A DNA stretch of 64,000 nt from Promethearchaeota archaeon (GCA_048940445.1 JBHLON010000003.1:1-64000); one strand, 5' to 3'. Positions 1 through 10,922 are shown, counted from the first letter of the stretch. A program made the numbers and translations. Notes: a model not told the origin generated them from the letters alone.

Positions 1-194
1 CCTAAATTATTATGAGTAAGCGAAAAATTTATTTCAACTTGATAGGTAACACTCCCTGTTATAGTATAACCAGAAACACCAGAATTAGATGATTTGAGAC
101 TAATGATTTCACTATTAAAAAGAGGATTTGTACTTATTAAGATCATTGAAAAAATAGTTAAACTAGAGAATAATATTAATTTCCTTGTTTTCAT
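1..194 (-). CDS. Secreted or membrane-anchored protein, 5' part only (runs off the window)
   Basis: Manual translation from ATG at 194: MKTRKLILFSSLTIFSMILISTNPLF..., open to position 1; basic N-terminus plus hydrophobic stretch resembles a signal peptide. Confidence 0.6.
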   Translation of the reverse strand, partial: MKTRKLILFSSLTIFSMILISTNPLFNSEIISLKSSNSGVSGYTITGSVTYQVEINFSLTHNNL

Positions 195-334
195 TACTAA
201 AATTCCTTATAATTTTATAAGTCATATAAAAAAGAGACTTTATATTTTTAATCGTAATAAAAATGTAATGTAAAGATTCTTAAGAGACTACTATTATTAT
301 TTTGATAATAAAAATCACTTTCTTATTTTAAGTA

Positions 335-985
335 TTGATATACAAAATTTATTTAATTGACGGAGATAACGGGATTTCTATATTAGAGACCACTTTCAAG
401 GAATTTCAAAAAGATAAAGTTGGGGATGAAGTGATACCAGGTTTTTTTAAAGAAATAAATCAAATTATTGATAATATACAAGATGCAATGGCAAAAGGCA
501 AAAGAAGCGATGAGATCATAAGAAGTGTTGAATCTGAAGATTCTACTATAGTGATTTTTTACCATCCAACTTCAAGGATACTATTTTGTTCAATTTCTGA
601 TGCTGATGACAATTTAGATAAACTAATCGAAGTAATTAAGAAGATTGCTAATAGATTTTGGAAAAAGCATCAATCCGATATAAAGGCGTTCCGAACAACA
701 ACTGAAAGGAGCAGATTTCAGACGATCAATACTGATATTGACAATTTAACATATCATGGTAAAATAGCTGAAGTCTTCCCTGCTTTACTGCTTGCTAAAA
801 ATGTATTAGAAAAAATATTGTCAATGGGGATGATCAATGATTTTGATTTTAGAGTAGCCTTAAAATGCACTGGTGAAAAAGAAAAAAATTCTCCTCTTAA
901 AATTGCACGCTATTTTAATAAAACTCGAACAGAAATAAATGAAATATTAAAGAAATTAGCAGAATTAGACATTATAAGGTTCTAG
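335..985 (+). CDS. Longin/roadblock-like domain protein with C-terminal winged-helix
   Basis: IYKIYLID..NGISIL strand pair and IPGFFKEI helix typical of Asgard longin-like domains; C-terminal SPLKIARYFNKTRTEINEILKKL HTH. Confidence 0.55.
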   Translation: MIYKIYLIDGDNGISILETTFKEFQKDKVGDEVIPGFFKEINQIIDNIQDAMAKGKRSDEIIRSVESEDSTIVIFYHPTSRILFCSISDADDNLDKLIEVIKKIANRFWKKHQSDIKAFRTTTERSRFQTINTDIDNLTYHGKIAEVFPALLLAKNVLEKILSMGMINDFDFRVALKCTGEKEKNSPLKIARYFNKTRTEINEILKKLAELDIIRF

Positions 986-1102
986 TTTTTATTTACATAT
1001 CTTACATTTTTCAATCTTTATGTGAGTTTAAATAGAAAAGAATAAAAACTTTCAAGAGTTATCTTAAATACAATTATATCTGCTAAATTAAGTGTTTTTA
1101 TT

Positions 1103-1693
1103 ATGGAAACTAAAGATTCTGTAAATGCAATGGTTTATTCACCATCGAACATGCATTCATTAAGAAAAGGAAAAGGTTTTTCTTTAACTGAAATTAAAGA
1201 AGCAGGAAAAACAATTCAATTATTAAAAAGTTTAAATATTCAAATTGATTACTTTAGGAAATCAACTCATAGAGAAAACATAGAAATATTAGAAAAACTT
1301 AAAACACCTGAGAGAAAAGGAAAGAAAAAAAAACCTTATGTTTTTAAAGAAAAGAAAAGGACTCCATTTAAACCAGAAGTAAAGAAACCTGTTAAGAAAA
1401 AAATAAAAAAAGAGGTAACTAGTAAAAAGGTAGTACCTAAAAAGAAAGCAAAATCAATTAAGAAAAAACAACCCAAAGAAGAAAAAGAGAAAGTTGAGTT
1501 GAAAGGTACTCCATTGACTTCATTAACTGGTTTAGGTCCATCAACAGAACAAAAATTTGGCGAATTAGGAGTCAATAATTTAGAAGATTTAATAAAAGAA
1601 GACCCTCAAGAACTTTCTACGTTGATAAAAGGAGTATCAGAAGAAAGAATTCAAAACTGGATAGAAGAAGCTAAAAAATTGTTAGAACCATAA
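1103..1693 (+). CDS. rpl13e: Ribosomal protein eL13 (L13e) fused via a Lys-rich linker to a helix-hairpin-helix domain
   Basis: RKGKGFSLTEIKEAG and IDYFRKSTHREN match L13e; C-terminal LTSLTGLGPSTEQKF..GV..LEDL..IKGVSEERIQNW is an HhH pair. Confidence 0.8.
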   Translation: METKDSVNAMVYSPSNMHSLRKGKGFSLTEIKEAGKTIQLLKSLNIQIDYFRKSTHRENIEILEKLKTPERKGKKKKPYVFKEKKRTPFKPEVKKPVKKKIKKEVTSKKVVPKKKAKSIKKKQPKEEKEKVELKGTPLTSLTGLGPSTEQKFGELGVNNLEDLIKEDPQELSTLIKGVSEERIQNWIEEAKKLLEP

Positions 1694-1758
1694 TCAAAAT
1701 ATAATTTCTCTTTATAAAAATTTTTAAAGTTTTAATTTATTTAGTAGTAAATTAAATC

Positions 1759-2280
1759 TTGATTTTAATTATTTATTTAAGTTTTAATATGGAATATAAT
1801 TATTATGTCTATGACAAGCCAGAATGTAATCTTTTAATTAATAAAATGCCTATTTGGTTTAAAGAAGTTAAATATGAAGGGGATCAAAGTGAAGGCACAA
1901 TTCTCCTTCATTCTCAAAATGATTACGATGAGATTTGGGGATCTGACGCTAAGATGGAGATTTTTTGGGAGAAAATGGATCCTGCTAGCTTATTTTATGC
2001 AAAAGAGATTCAGAAATCAATTGACATATATAGTAGGATAGGATTAGTTATTACCTCTAAAGAAGATTCGTATTTAATGAGTCATAATGTTACATTTTGG
2101 TTTGGTCGAAGGGCTAAGATGATAAGAAAAAGATATTATAATGAAAAAAGCATCCATGCTATTTTTTATTGTGATAATACTAATCGTTTGATTAATATCC
2201 ATTGTGCAATTATTGATAGCGTTTACGAAAATTTTAAACCATTTATTCTTAAATGTTATAATAACATAGTATGTCATTGA
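1759..2280 (+). CDS. Hypothetical protein (ATG at 1789 is a likely start)
   Basis: 173-aa ORF with protein-like composition, no motif recognised. Confidence 0.6.
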   Translation: MILIIYLSFNMEYNYYVYDKPECNLLINKMPIWFKEVKYEGDQSEGTILLHSQNDYDEIWGSDAKMEIFWEKMDPASLFYAKEIQKSIDIYSRIGLVITSKEDSYLMSHNVTFWFGRRAKMIRKRYYNEKSIHAIFYCDNTNRLINIHCAIIDSVYENFKPFILKCYNNIVCH

Positions 2281-3015
2281 TTATTCATCTAATTTTTGGA
2301 TTAATATAAAAAAATTATCTTTTTCATTTGGACCACCTAGTTTTTTAAATTCTTTGATATGAAAATCTTTAACAAGTTCTCTAGCCTCCCTTTTAGAAAA
2401 GAAATGATAATATCTATTATAGATCCCTTTATTAGTTGTCCAAGGAACAAGCTTGTCTCCAAAATTAATCAATTTTTTTTCTATTTGCTTAAATCTATAT
2501 TTACGACTTATAAATCTTTTGAGCCAATCTGAAATAAAGTAATGACGATATTTTTTTTGGAATCTTCTCCAAACTGTTATACAACAATAACCTGTATCTT
2601 TTAAAATTCCCTGAATTTGTGATAATATATCCATTCTTTCGTGCTTTGAGTTAATATGATGAATTGTTGCTATTGAAAAGATGTTTTGAATGGTCTTGGG
2701 TCTTATTGGAATGAATCTTACATCACTTAAAATTATTTGAGGTGTAACTTTAAATCTTTCTGAATTGTTAAATCGATTTTTAGCAATTTCTAGCAATTCA
2801 AGAGAATTATCGATACCGATAATCCTATCAGAAAAATTGCAAAATATTTCAAAATTTCTACCATTCCCGCATCCTAAATCGCATGTATATCCAAAGAAAT
2901 TATAATTTTTTTCTTCAAGATGTTTTATAAACTTTACAAAATCATTCCATGGTTTTTTTCTCTTTAAATCATAATCTTTGGCTATACAGTTATAAGAGAA
3001 TTTTTCAATTGGCAT
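2281..3015 (-). CDS. Class I SAM-dependent methyltransferase, Trm9/ALKBH8-like tRNA methyltransferase
   Basis: DLGCGNGR motif I, IATIHHI, VPW and RYYHFF motifs as in Trm9/ALKBH8 MTase domains. Confidence 0.7.
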   Translation of the reverse strand: MPIEKFSYNCIAKDYDLKRKKPWNDFVKFIKHLEEKNYNFFGYTCDLGCGNGRNFEIFCNFSDRIIGIDNSLELLEIAKNRFNNSERFKVTPQIILSDVRFIPIRPKTIQNIFSIATIHHINSKHERMDILSQIQGILKDTGYCCITVWRRFQKKYRHYFISDWLKRFISRKYRFKQIEKKLINFGDKLVPWTTNKGIYNRYYHFFSKREARELVKDFHIKEFKKLGGPNEKDNFFILIQKLDE

Positions 3016-3137
3016 CTAGGATTAACTTTTTCTACAGATTATTAATCTAATGATCAAGAAAATTAAAGTTAATTTAATTAAAATATTAAAGATAATTAAT
3101 GTCTATAAAATTTTAATTTTTTAGCTCACTCTATAAT

Positions 3138-4757
3138 TTGAGTATTGAAATGGAAAATTTATCTAATTTATTAGCAGAATTGATTAAAAAGCTTAGGTCA
3201 GAAATCCTAGAATATTATGATAAAAGCTATATGTATATAAAAGACTTATATTCATACAAAAAAATTGATATAAAAACAAAATTCTCTGATATTCCTGAAA
3301 AAGATGTAGATAAAGGGATATATGCAATAATCTCTGCGACTAACTCAGCTTTAAATACGATCGGAATTCCTATAGAACAATTAAGTTTAGAAAAGAATCT
3401 TTTTAATAACCTATTCAAGAATCACAGAGAATCTTATTCCAATTATGATAGTTTCATTGAGAGTAGTTTAAAGGCCTATATTAATAAATATCTTTTTATC
3501 ATCATCCTTGAATATGTTTTAGGTATTGATCAGAAAAAAATTCAAAATCTAGATCTCTTTGATTTATTACCAAAAAAATTTCTCCATAAATTAAATCAGT
3601 TTAGAGGTAAAGAATATTTTAATTTCGAGGAGAAAACTTATATTCAACAAATCACCAGCAAGATTGATTTGTACTATGATGTAAATAATTTTACTATTGA
3701 TAAGGAGAAACTAAATTCATTAGTTAAAGAGATTAAAGAAGTTTCTAGTAAAGACATATTAAGATTATTAGAGAAAGCAAAAAAGGATAATATTGAAGTG
3801 CTTGGTAAATCTACGATCTTGAAACAAACGCCTTCTAAAGATTTTATCCCGGAGACCAAGAAAAAACTTAGTTTCTTAGATTATTTTGGTAACTTTCCTC
3901 AACTTGATACCAAAATGTTAAGAAAGTTGAATATTAATATTGATAATCTTCTCAATTGTGTTGAAAATGAAATAGACTTTTTTGATTTAGAGAATCTATT
4001 TTATTTAATCATAATTTCAAAAGTAATGGGAACTAATTTACCATTTAGACCGGATGAAGTACTAAAAATGTTAAAAAACTTTATCAGTGGAAAGGTGTTT
4101 AGTACCGGGATGTATCATAAGCCTAATCCTATCAGCAATTTCTATGGTTTATCCATTTTATCTGAATTAAATTTACTAGATAAAACAGAAATAATCGATA
4201 TATTTGAAATTGAAATGATTTTAGAAAAAGAGTTAAAAAATTTTTTACCTGAAAAACTCTCTTTAAACTTTTATAGTTTACTTTCATTGAAGATCTTGGA
4301 AAGAAATGGAGGCACGATCTCCAATAAAGATCATTTAATTAAGCCTTTAATTGATTTAGACTTATTATTATTAGAAAATAAAAGTCTTCCAACAGATATG
4401 TTTTACCATCTTGGGCTTTTAAAGCTAATTGATAATGATATTAATTTAAACATTTTTAAAAATATATATAACTCTGAAATTAAAACCCTTATCTCTCCAA
4501 AAGGACTTATTAATAACAACTTGACTGATACATCTCGCGCCTTATTAATATATGACATGCTTGATTTTAAAAATGAGGAATATACTACAGTAAATACCCT
4601 ATTTCGGAATATTATTCAATATTCTAATTTTTTCAGTAATGAGCAATTAGAAGAGGATTTTAATTGGAAAAATAATAAGCTCGCAATGAGAGTGGAATTA
4701 AGAATGCTCTTTTGGACTTTGTTGGCTTCTTTGCAATATCTAGAATTTCAATCCTGA
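3138..4757 (+). CDS. Hypothetical protein; C-terminal half possibly an alpha/alpha-toroid (prenyltransferase beta-like) repeat region
   Basis: 539-aa ORF with repeated xxFYxLxxLxxL helices. Confidence 0.55.
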   Translation: MSIEMENLSNLLAELIKKLRSEILEYYDKSYMYIKDLYSYKKIDIKTKFSDIPEKDVDKGIYAIISATNSALNTIGIPIEQLSLEKNLFNNLFKNHRESYSNYDSFIESSLKAYINKYLFIIILEYVLGIDQKKIQNLDLFDLLPKKFLHKLNQFRGKEYFNFEEKTYIQQITSKIDLYYDVNNFTIDKEKLNSLVKEIKEVSSKDILRLLEKAKKDNIEVLGKSTILKQTPSKDFIPETKKKLSFLDYFGNFPQLDTKMLRKLNINIDNLLNCVENEIDFFDLENLFYLIIISKVMGTNLPFRPDEVLKMLKNFISGKVFSTGMYHKPNPISNFYGLSILSELNLLDKTEIIDIFEIEMILEKELKNFLPEKLSLNFYSLLSLKILERNGGTISNKDHLIKPLIDLDLLLLENKSLPTDMFYHLGLLKLIDNDINLNIFKNIYNSEIKTLISPKGLINNNLTDTSRALLIYDMLDFKNEEYTTVNTLFRNIIQYSNFFSNEQLEEDFNWKNNKLAMRVELRMLFWTLLASLQYLEFQS

Positions 4758-5363
4758 GTTAATTAAAAAATTTAAAAAATTTCTTACTGAAGGTTGAAGT
4801 TTATTTCCTTGGATAAGTGAATTATATGTATATATCACATTTTCATTCTTTTCGATTTCTTCTAGGGTTTGCATTCCTAATTTTAGCCATTCTCCAAGAT
4901 AAATCTGAGGAGATTTATCATTTAATCCTGGGCAATATTCAATACCCTTTTTACTTATAAAAATCTTAATTTCTTTGGAAGAATCATTCGTTTCTTTATC
5001 GATCCTTTTAAAAGAAAACGGGAAAGTCTTACAGAACTGCGGTCTTAGGTTATAGATTGTGCATTCCTTTGCGTTTCTATTATAAAAATAACAATCACCA
5101 CTTTCTTTTTTAAATAGACCTACAAATGCTAATCCCTTTTCAATAATTATTGGAGAAATTACTAATTTTTTACGAATTCTTTCAGAAATCTTACCTCTAT
5201 ATAAATAAAAACCTAAAACATAGATTAATTCATCTAAAGTTAAATTTAATCCATTTTTAATTCTTAAAATATCAAAATATGTAGTATTCACAATCGTATT
5301 CTGATCTGTACAACAATTGCCACATCTAGTACATTCAAATCTAAGTTCTTCTGATAATACCAT
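4740..5363 (-). CDS. YkgJ-family cysteine cluster protein
   Basis: FECTRCGNCC, C.FY, CTIY..RPQFCKTFPF, CPGL. Confidence 0.85.
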   Translation of the reverse strand: MVLSEELRFECTRCGNCCTDQNTIVNTTYFDILRIKNGLNLTLDELIYVLGFYLYRGKISERIRKKLVISPIIIEKGLAFVGLFKKESGDCYFYNRNAKECTIYNLRPQFCKTFPFSFKRIDKETNDSSKEIKIFISKKGIEYCPGLNDKSPQIYLGEWLKLGMQTLEEIEKNENVIYTYNSLIQGNKLQPSVRNFLNFLINSGLKF

Positions 5364-5398
5364 ACTCTAAATTAAAAAATAAAAAATAAATAATTAAT

Positions 5399-8300
5399 TT
5401 AACTGCTTTTTGGAATAATCAGTTTCTTTTGAATTAGAGATTCCAAGGCATCAATAACGTTATCTTTATTTTCTTCATGAATAGAGTTGATAATATAATC
5501 TAGATAAAATTCGCTCTTGCTTTTCGCAATTGAATAGATAACATTTATAATCCTGGTTTCCATTGAGCTTAATTCGCTTTCTTTCTTTAGTTTTGCAATG
5601 TGTTCTGTCTTTCCAATGATAAATGGTTCTTTATAATATAATTCAATATAATCATTTAAAACTGGCGGCACTAAATCATCAAATTGATCTAAAGAACCAT
5701 CCCATCTCTCAATAATTTCGCTCAGATGTAGTGTTAGAGCCAAAGCAAGATGGGTTATTTGTTCTTTTAATCTGGGTGATGCCTTTTCTTTAAGCACAAA
5801 AACTATTCGAATATCTTCCTTATCACATATAAGACAATAGAAATATTTGAAATCTAGTTCTAAAAGGCGTTCTTTCTGGGTTGGTTTTAATTTCAGTTCA
5901 GAATTTTCTTCGGTTAATTCTCTTCCGACAATCTCTTCGCCAATAGTTGTAATTGCTTGAATAAAACCAGAAAATAATTCTTTTTTATGCTTTTCAAGAA
6001 TTGAATAAGTTTTTGAAAAAATGGGAATTCCACTCATCTTATTAATGACTACAATAGCTTGGATATTGGATAAATCCTTGAATCTTTGAGTCCTTGCTAA
6101 TAATTCGGATTCTTTCTTTCGTCTTCTAGGCAATATGACATATGATCTTATACTCAATGCTGCTAATATACCAATAATGATAACTGCTGCTAATAGAATA
6201 AATAACAATAAAATATTTGGTCCATTATTATCTGGGGGAGGATATATTACTCGAAATTGATAGATATGGATTTGTTCCTCGAATCCAGGAGCATAAAAAA
6301 CAAACTGTAATCTGTATACTCCTGGTTGTGTAATAAAAGCTGTACTAAATGTTATCTCATAATATCCATCTAATAAATCATCAACCCTGTAGTAGCTTGG
6401 ATTGGTAATATTAACTGTTACAATTGCTCCTGCTATTCCTTCCTCATCAAAATCAGAATAATAATAAAATTTGATTGTACTGTTTGCATTTAGAATAATC
6501 TGAGAATCTGAATCTAATCTTTGTAAAATTGTATTTTCCCCTAGATTAATACTTAACGTAATATTGCTAGTACTAAAGCCCACCTTATTTATTTGTATTA
6601 AAATTGTATAAAGGCCAAATGATCCTAAGTCACTTGTATCTAAAATGGTTTCATATATCCCTAAAGCAGCTTCTGCCATATATTGCACTCCAGAACTCCA
6701 ATTATAAGAAACTATTGCATTAGTAATACTATTATTGTTTTCAAAGTCTCTTCCAAATACCCTCAATGGAATTATATCACCTAAAGTACCCCCCGTCATA
6801 AGGTCCTCCCTCGCATCATCTGGTTTTAATATGGTAATATAACTTTGATGAATAACTGTGAAAAATGAACTTAGACCTCCCAAAGCTGTGCCATTATTCC
6901 AAAATAACGTAAAATTATAGACACCTCCAGTAGTATTTGATGAGGAGAACCACACTTTCGAAAAGTTGAGTTTTCCATCAGATTGAGGGATTTTCGCTTC
7001 TTTATGCCAAACATCGCCTAGTGGATTGTAAATAGTAAGATTTGCAAAAGTTTGATCCAATCCTAATGGAATATTATTTGAACAATTAATTTGCGTCTTA
7101 ATTTCTGCAAAATCACCTGAATAAAATTTGTCATTTCCTAATTCTCCATTCCTCGAAATATAAGTATTTTGACTCCCAATAAAATTTGGTGATGTTGCTT
7201 TAAACTTCCACCAACCAGGAAATTTGGCTTGTGTTTTATTAATCTTAATATAATTATCACCAGAATTTCCTCCCTCATATGCGACTGGTAAATATGTTGG
7301 ATCAAGAACAGAAATAACTTGCCAATCACTTGGTTTATTTATAATAAACTCAGAATCAGAATAAAATGAGGGCATGTAAAGATTATGATAAAATTCCCAA
7401 ATCACAGTTCCATTATTTAAGATAGTATATGATACTCCATTCTCGTTTTCTTGATTAATTTTTGATAATCCTTTATGATATCCTGCCAAAATTGTATCTA
7501 GATTAAACTTTAAATTTGGAGAAGTAGTATTAACCGTGATAATTATAGGATTTAAGTCCCAATTTCCACTTATCCAGAGATTAGCAGTTCCCCATTCATT
7601 CCCTTGAGTTAAATCTAATGAATTTAATTTTAAATTTATTCCTTCTTGACTGCAATTTGCAACAGTTGTAAGGACTAATGAAATATTATCGAACCAAAAT
7701 ATTTGTTGAAATTGATCTTCAAATCCCGTATAAATGACTGAAGCACCACTCATGATTCCTACCGAAATATTAAATTCTTGATTATTTTTAATATCTCCAA
7801 ATATATTCGATGTGTTTGTCCATAAATCCATATAAATTTTACCAGTATTATGCCATACACGTCGTCCGGATTCTACTATATCTCCTAAACCTCTCGAATA
7901 TATTTTATTATTATTGATCTGGCAAAAGATATAATTTTCATTAGATTCCATTGCGAATTCAGCATAATAGTCAAAGCTAATGTATCCATCAACTACTTTT
8001 CCTCTTGGAATAGAAATATTTTGGTATAATTCAGCAAAATTTCCCTTATAATAAGTAGCACTAAGATGATTTGAAGATATTTCTGAGTAAAGAGCTAAAT
8101 ACATACTGTCTATTTCATCAGCTTGACCAGCTCCATATCTCGTTTTAGTAAATGAGATATTATTAAATCCCCATGATTGTGCATTTCGATAATAATTTGA
8201 AGATTCATTTACAAATTCAAAATAATCAATCTCATAACCCCACTCTTGAATTAAACCATCAGATTCAAAATAGAAGTATAAGCTACTTCCTAAAATCCAA

Positions 8301-8920
8301 GGAGAATAAAAATCTGATTTAAATCCAGTATCAACATAACAAAGCGTATTATTTTCATTTTCCATTAAAAAAAAATCATAACCGTCTTCAAAACTTAAGT
8401 TAGTAAAATGAGCTCTCATAGCTATAGCTCCAAATTTGCTTGTTGATTGAAGAGTTTGCGCTCTCCCTCTATTGGGCAAGTAATTATGGCCACTCTGATG
8501 ATTATCATAGTTTTTAAATGTTGATATAGGTAAAAAGTCACTATTGTTAATCCAAATTCTAGTATCCTGTATTTGGTTTATTGAACTATTGATTTGGGAA
8601 ACCTCCCACCCATGATAATCATCAAGATAGTATTTTAAATTTATTTCTGCTTTATCAGTTAGAGATATTTCTTGACTGGTATTATATAATGTTCCATAAT
8701 CAGTGATATTTAATGGGTTTAAAGCACCATCAAATAGAGACGATTTACCATTTGCAACCTTTAATATTTCAGAATTATGGTTAAATATATTGTTGTCTCG
8801 ATTTTTAATATCACTATAAAATAGATTTGTATTTATCATTAATAAAAATATTAATGTAATAGACCCTATTATGGAAATTTTGCTTAGATATTTTTTTTTA
8901 TCATTCAAGCATCCATACAT
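5399..8920 (-). CDS. Large single-pass membrane protein: extracellular CUB-like and beta-sandwich domains, TM helix, cytoplasmic longin-like plus winged-helix region
   Basis: N-terminal hydrophobic segment; HFTNLSFEDGYDF...FESDG..QEWGY (CUB); TM ILLLFILLAAVIIIGILAAL followed by RRRKK; IQAIVVINKMSGIPIF...LFSGFIQAI. Confidence 0.7.
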   Translation of the reverse strand: MYGCLNDKKKYLSKISIIGSITLIFLLMINTNLFYSDIKNRDNNIFNHNSEILKVANGKSSLFDGALNPLNITDYGTLYNTSQEISLTDKAEINLKYYLDDYHGWEVSQINSSINQIQDTRIWINNSDFLPISTFKNYDNHQSGHNYLPNRGRAQTLQSTSKFGAIAMRAHFTNLSFEDGYDFFLMENENNTLCYVDTGFKSDFYSPWILGSSLYFYFESDGLIQEWGYEIDYFEFVNESSNYYRNAQSWGFNNISFTKTRYGAGQADEIDSMYLALYSEISSNHLSATYYKGNFAELYQNISIPRGKVVDGYISFDYYAEFAMESNENYIFCQINNNKIYSRGLGDIVESGRRVWHNTGKIYMDLWTNTSNIFGDIKNNQEFNISVGIMSGASVIYTGFEDQFQQIFWFDNISLVLTTVANCSQEGINLKLNSLDLTQGNEWGTANLWISGNWDLNPIIITVNTTSPNLKFNLDTILAGYHKGLSKINQENENGVSYTILNNGTVIWEFYHNLYMPSFYSDSEFIINKPSDWQVISVLDPTYLPVAYEGGNSGDNYIKINKTQAKFPGWWKFKATSPNFIGSQNTYISRNGELGNDKFYSGDFAEIKTQINCSNNIPLGLDQTFANLTIYNPLGDVWHKEAKIPQSDGKLNFSKVWFSSSNTTGGVYNFTLFWNNGTALGGLSSFFTVIHQSYITILKPDDAREDLMTGGTLGDIIPLRVFGRDFENNNSITNAIVSYNWSSGVQYMAEAALGIYETILDTSDLGSFGLYTILIQINKVGFSTSNITLSINLGENTILQRLDSDSQIILNANSTIKFYYYSDFDEEGIAGAIVTVNITNPSYYRVDDLLDGYYEITFSTAFITQPGVYRLQFVFYAPGFEEQIHIYQFRVIYPPPDNNGPNILLLFILLAAVIIIGILAALSIRSYVILPRRRKKESELLARTQRFKDLSNIQAIVVINKMSGIPIFSKTYSILEKHKKELFSGFIQAITTIGEEIVGRELTEENSELKLKPTQKERLLELDFKYFYCLICDKEDIRIVFVLKEKASPRLKEQITHLALALTLHLSEIIERWDGSLDQFDDLVPPVLNDYIELYYKEPFIIGKTEHIAKLKKESELSSMETRIINVIYSIAKSKSEFYLDYIINSIHEENKDNVIDALESLIQKKLIIPKSS

Positions 8921-8967
8921 GCTAAAATCCTGTTATTAAAGTTAAATTTAACAAAAACATGAAAGAA

Positions 8968-10377
8968 TTAGCTAATAAATTTATCCTTAAGTAACTGTTT
9001 TTGTACAAGTTTGTTATTATTTATTGTCTTAATATGACTAATCAAAAATAATGTGACCAATTGCATACAGACAAAAGATACAATTGAAATAAATTCTGTT
9101 TTAATATTAATAAGGTTAAATATAAGCAAAATTAAAAATAAAGTACCAGTTAAAATCATTCCTATTAGTGGGAACACCTTTTTAGTTTCAGTCTTTTTAT
9201 GCACTTTATAATTTGTATAGTTCATTACAAAAAATACTTGACTAAAGATGAAAGCAGCAACTTTAGCAATTGCTAATGCCCCCCCAGTAATTATAGTAAG
9301 TATTATGCTTAAAATACTAATAAAAAGGATTGCGTTGTGAGGAACTCTATTTTTACTTAAATTTGAAAAACTCTTAGGAAAAATTTTATCTTTCGCAAGC
9401 AAATAGACCAACCGTGAAGAGCCTAAAATTGTTGCATTTAAAGCGCTTGAAGTTGATAATAAAGCACCAAAAGTAATAATTACCATACCAAACGGCCCCA
9501 TAAATTTTAGGGCTGCATTAGCAATTGCTACTTCCGCATTTTGAGTTCCTTTTCCAATAAGACCTGAAATACCTAAGATAGCGATTGTAGTAAACCCTAC
9601 CAAACAATATATTATCATCGAGATCAAAACTGACCATCGCATCATCTTTAATCCTCCCTTTATATCTTTCATTTCACTGGATCCATAGGCAATTAATTGA
9701 AATCCTTGATATGATACAAAAATTGAAGAACTACCAATTATTAAACCTAAGAATGAAAAATCTTTAAGAGAATCAATATCTAATCCAACATTTGATATCA
9801 TCTGACTAGGAGTATTCAAGGCATAAGACATTCCCATAATGCTAAATATAATTAAAATGATTACTTTAATCATTACAAGTATATTTTGCATTGATGCTGA
9901 TTCTTTCACCCCTTTTAAGTTCAAAAGAGTAAAAATTAAAAATAAAACCGTAATAATTATCGAAATTATCAAATAGTTGTATGGTATGTTAAACAATAAA
10001 AGAAAATAAACACTAAACGTATAAGCATATAACGCCATTGAAGCAATATACCCGAAACATAATAAAAGTCCAACAAATAATCCCAAATCGCGAAATTTAG
10101 TGTTTAAAAAAACGCTCTGAACTATAGAATATTCTCCTCCTGGTCCATACCATTTAAAATTCAGTTTTTGGTAAGAATAAACCGTTATTAAAGTTATACT
10201 GCCCATTATCAGATAAGAAATGTATGCATAAGGACCTGTATATACCGATATTGCTCCAATTACACTAAAAATTCCTCCACCAATTAATCCTCCAATTCCT
10301 ATCATCAAACAACTGAATTTACCAAGATGTTTATGAAACCCTTTCTCTTCAGGAAGGATCTTAGTGGATTCCACCAT
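8968..10377 (-). CDS. APC-family amino acid permease
   Basis: GGLIGGGIF, GGEY, SYQGFQ, SSRLVY; about 12 TM segments. Confidence 0.9.
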   Translation of the reverse strand: MVESTKILPEEKGFHKHLGKFSCLMIGIGGLIGGGIFSVIGAISVYTGPYAYISYLIMGSITLITVYSYQKLNFKWYGPGGEYSIVQSVFLNTKFRDLGLFVGLLLCFGYIASMALYAYTFSVYFLLLFNIPYNYLIISIIITVLFLIFTLLNLKGVKESASMQNILVMIKVIILIIFSIMGMSYALNTPSQMISNVGLDIDSLKDFSFLGLIIGSSSIFVSYQGFQLIAYGSSEMKDIKGGLKMMRWSVLISMIIYCLVGFTTIAILGISGLIGKGTQNAEVAIANAALKFMGPFGMVIITFGALLSTSSALNATILGSSRLVYLLAKDKIFPKSFSNLSKNRVPHNAILFISILSIILTIITGGALAIAKVAAFIFSQVFFVMNYTNYKVHKKTETKKVFPLIGMILTGTLFLILLIFNLINIKTEFISIVSFVCMQLVTLFLISHIKTINNNKLVQKQLLKDKFIS

Positions 10378-10595
10378 AATTAAAAACTAGAAATAATATT
10401 TTGTTATAATAATCTATCAAATTATTTTAATCAAATTTTAGCCAGATTAAAAAATTTTTCTTTATTACCAAGTTTTCACTATATAAACTTTTCTATTTGT
10501 AAAAAAAATTACACTTTCGAGTGAAATATTTTAAAAAAATCTTTTTAAAATTTACTTCTTCATTATTTAAGATAAAATTAGATAAAATAAGTTAG

Positions 10596-10922
10596 TTAAT
10601 ATGAATTTTGGTCTATGAATTCTGATTTCATTAAATTTAAATATGATTTTTTTTCTTTTTCATCTATTAAATTAGCATCTTTCCCCCGATTGTTAAACAG
10701 ATCTGGAGGCATTTGTTCGAATAATGAGATAAGTATTATTATTGCATTTTGTATAAATTCTTTATTTTTGGTTCTCTCCAGAACTTTCATTAATTCAATA
10801 AGAGATTTGGCTTTCCAGATTTCGATAGTATCTTTAGTTGATGGCAGATTCTTGTAAAAATTAATAATCTTTGTATAATAATTCATTTCAAAATCGTTAT
10901 TGGGGATGGACTTTTTCGTCAT
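10596..10922 (-). CDS. Hypothetical protein
   Basis: 108-aa ORF with ATG start. Confidence 0.55.
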   Translation of the reverse strand: MTKKSIPNNDFEMNYYTKIINFYKNLPSTKDTIEIWKAKSLIELMKVLERTKNKEFIQNAIIILISLFEQMPPDLFNNRGKDANLIDEKEKKSYLNLMKSEFIDQNSY

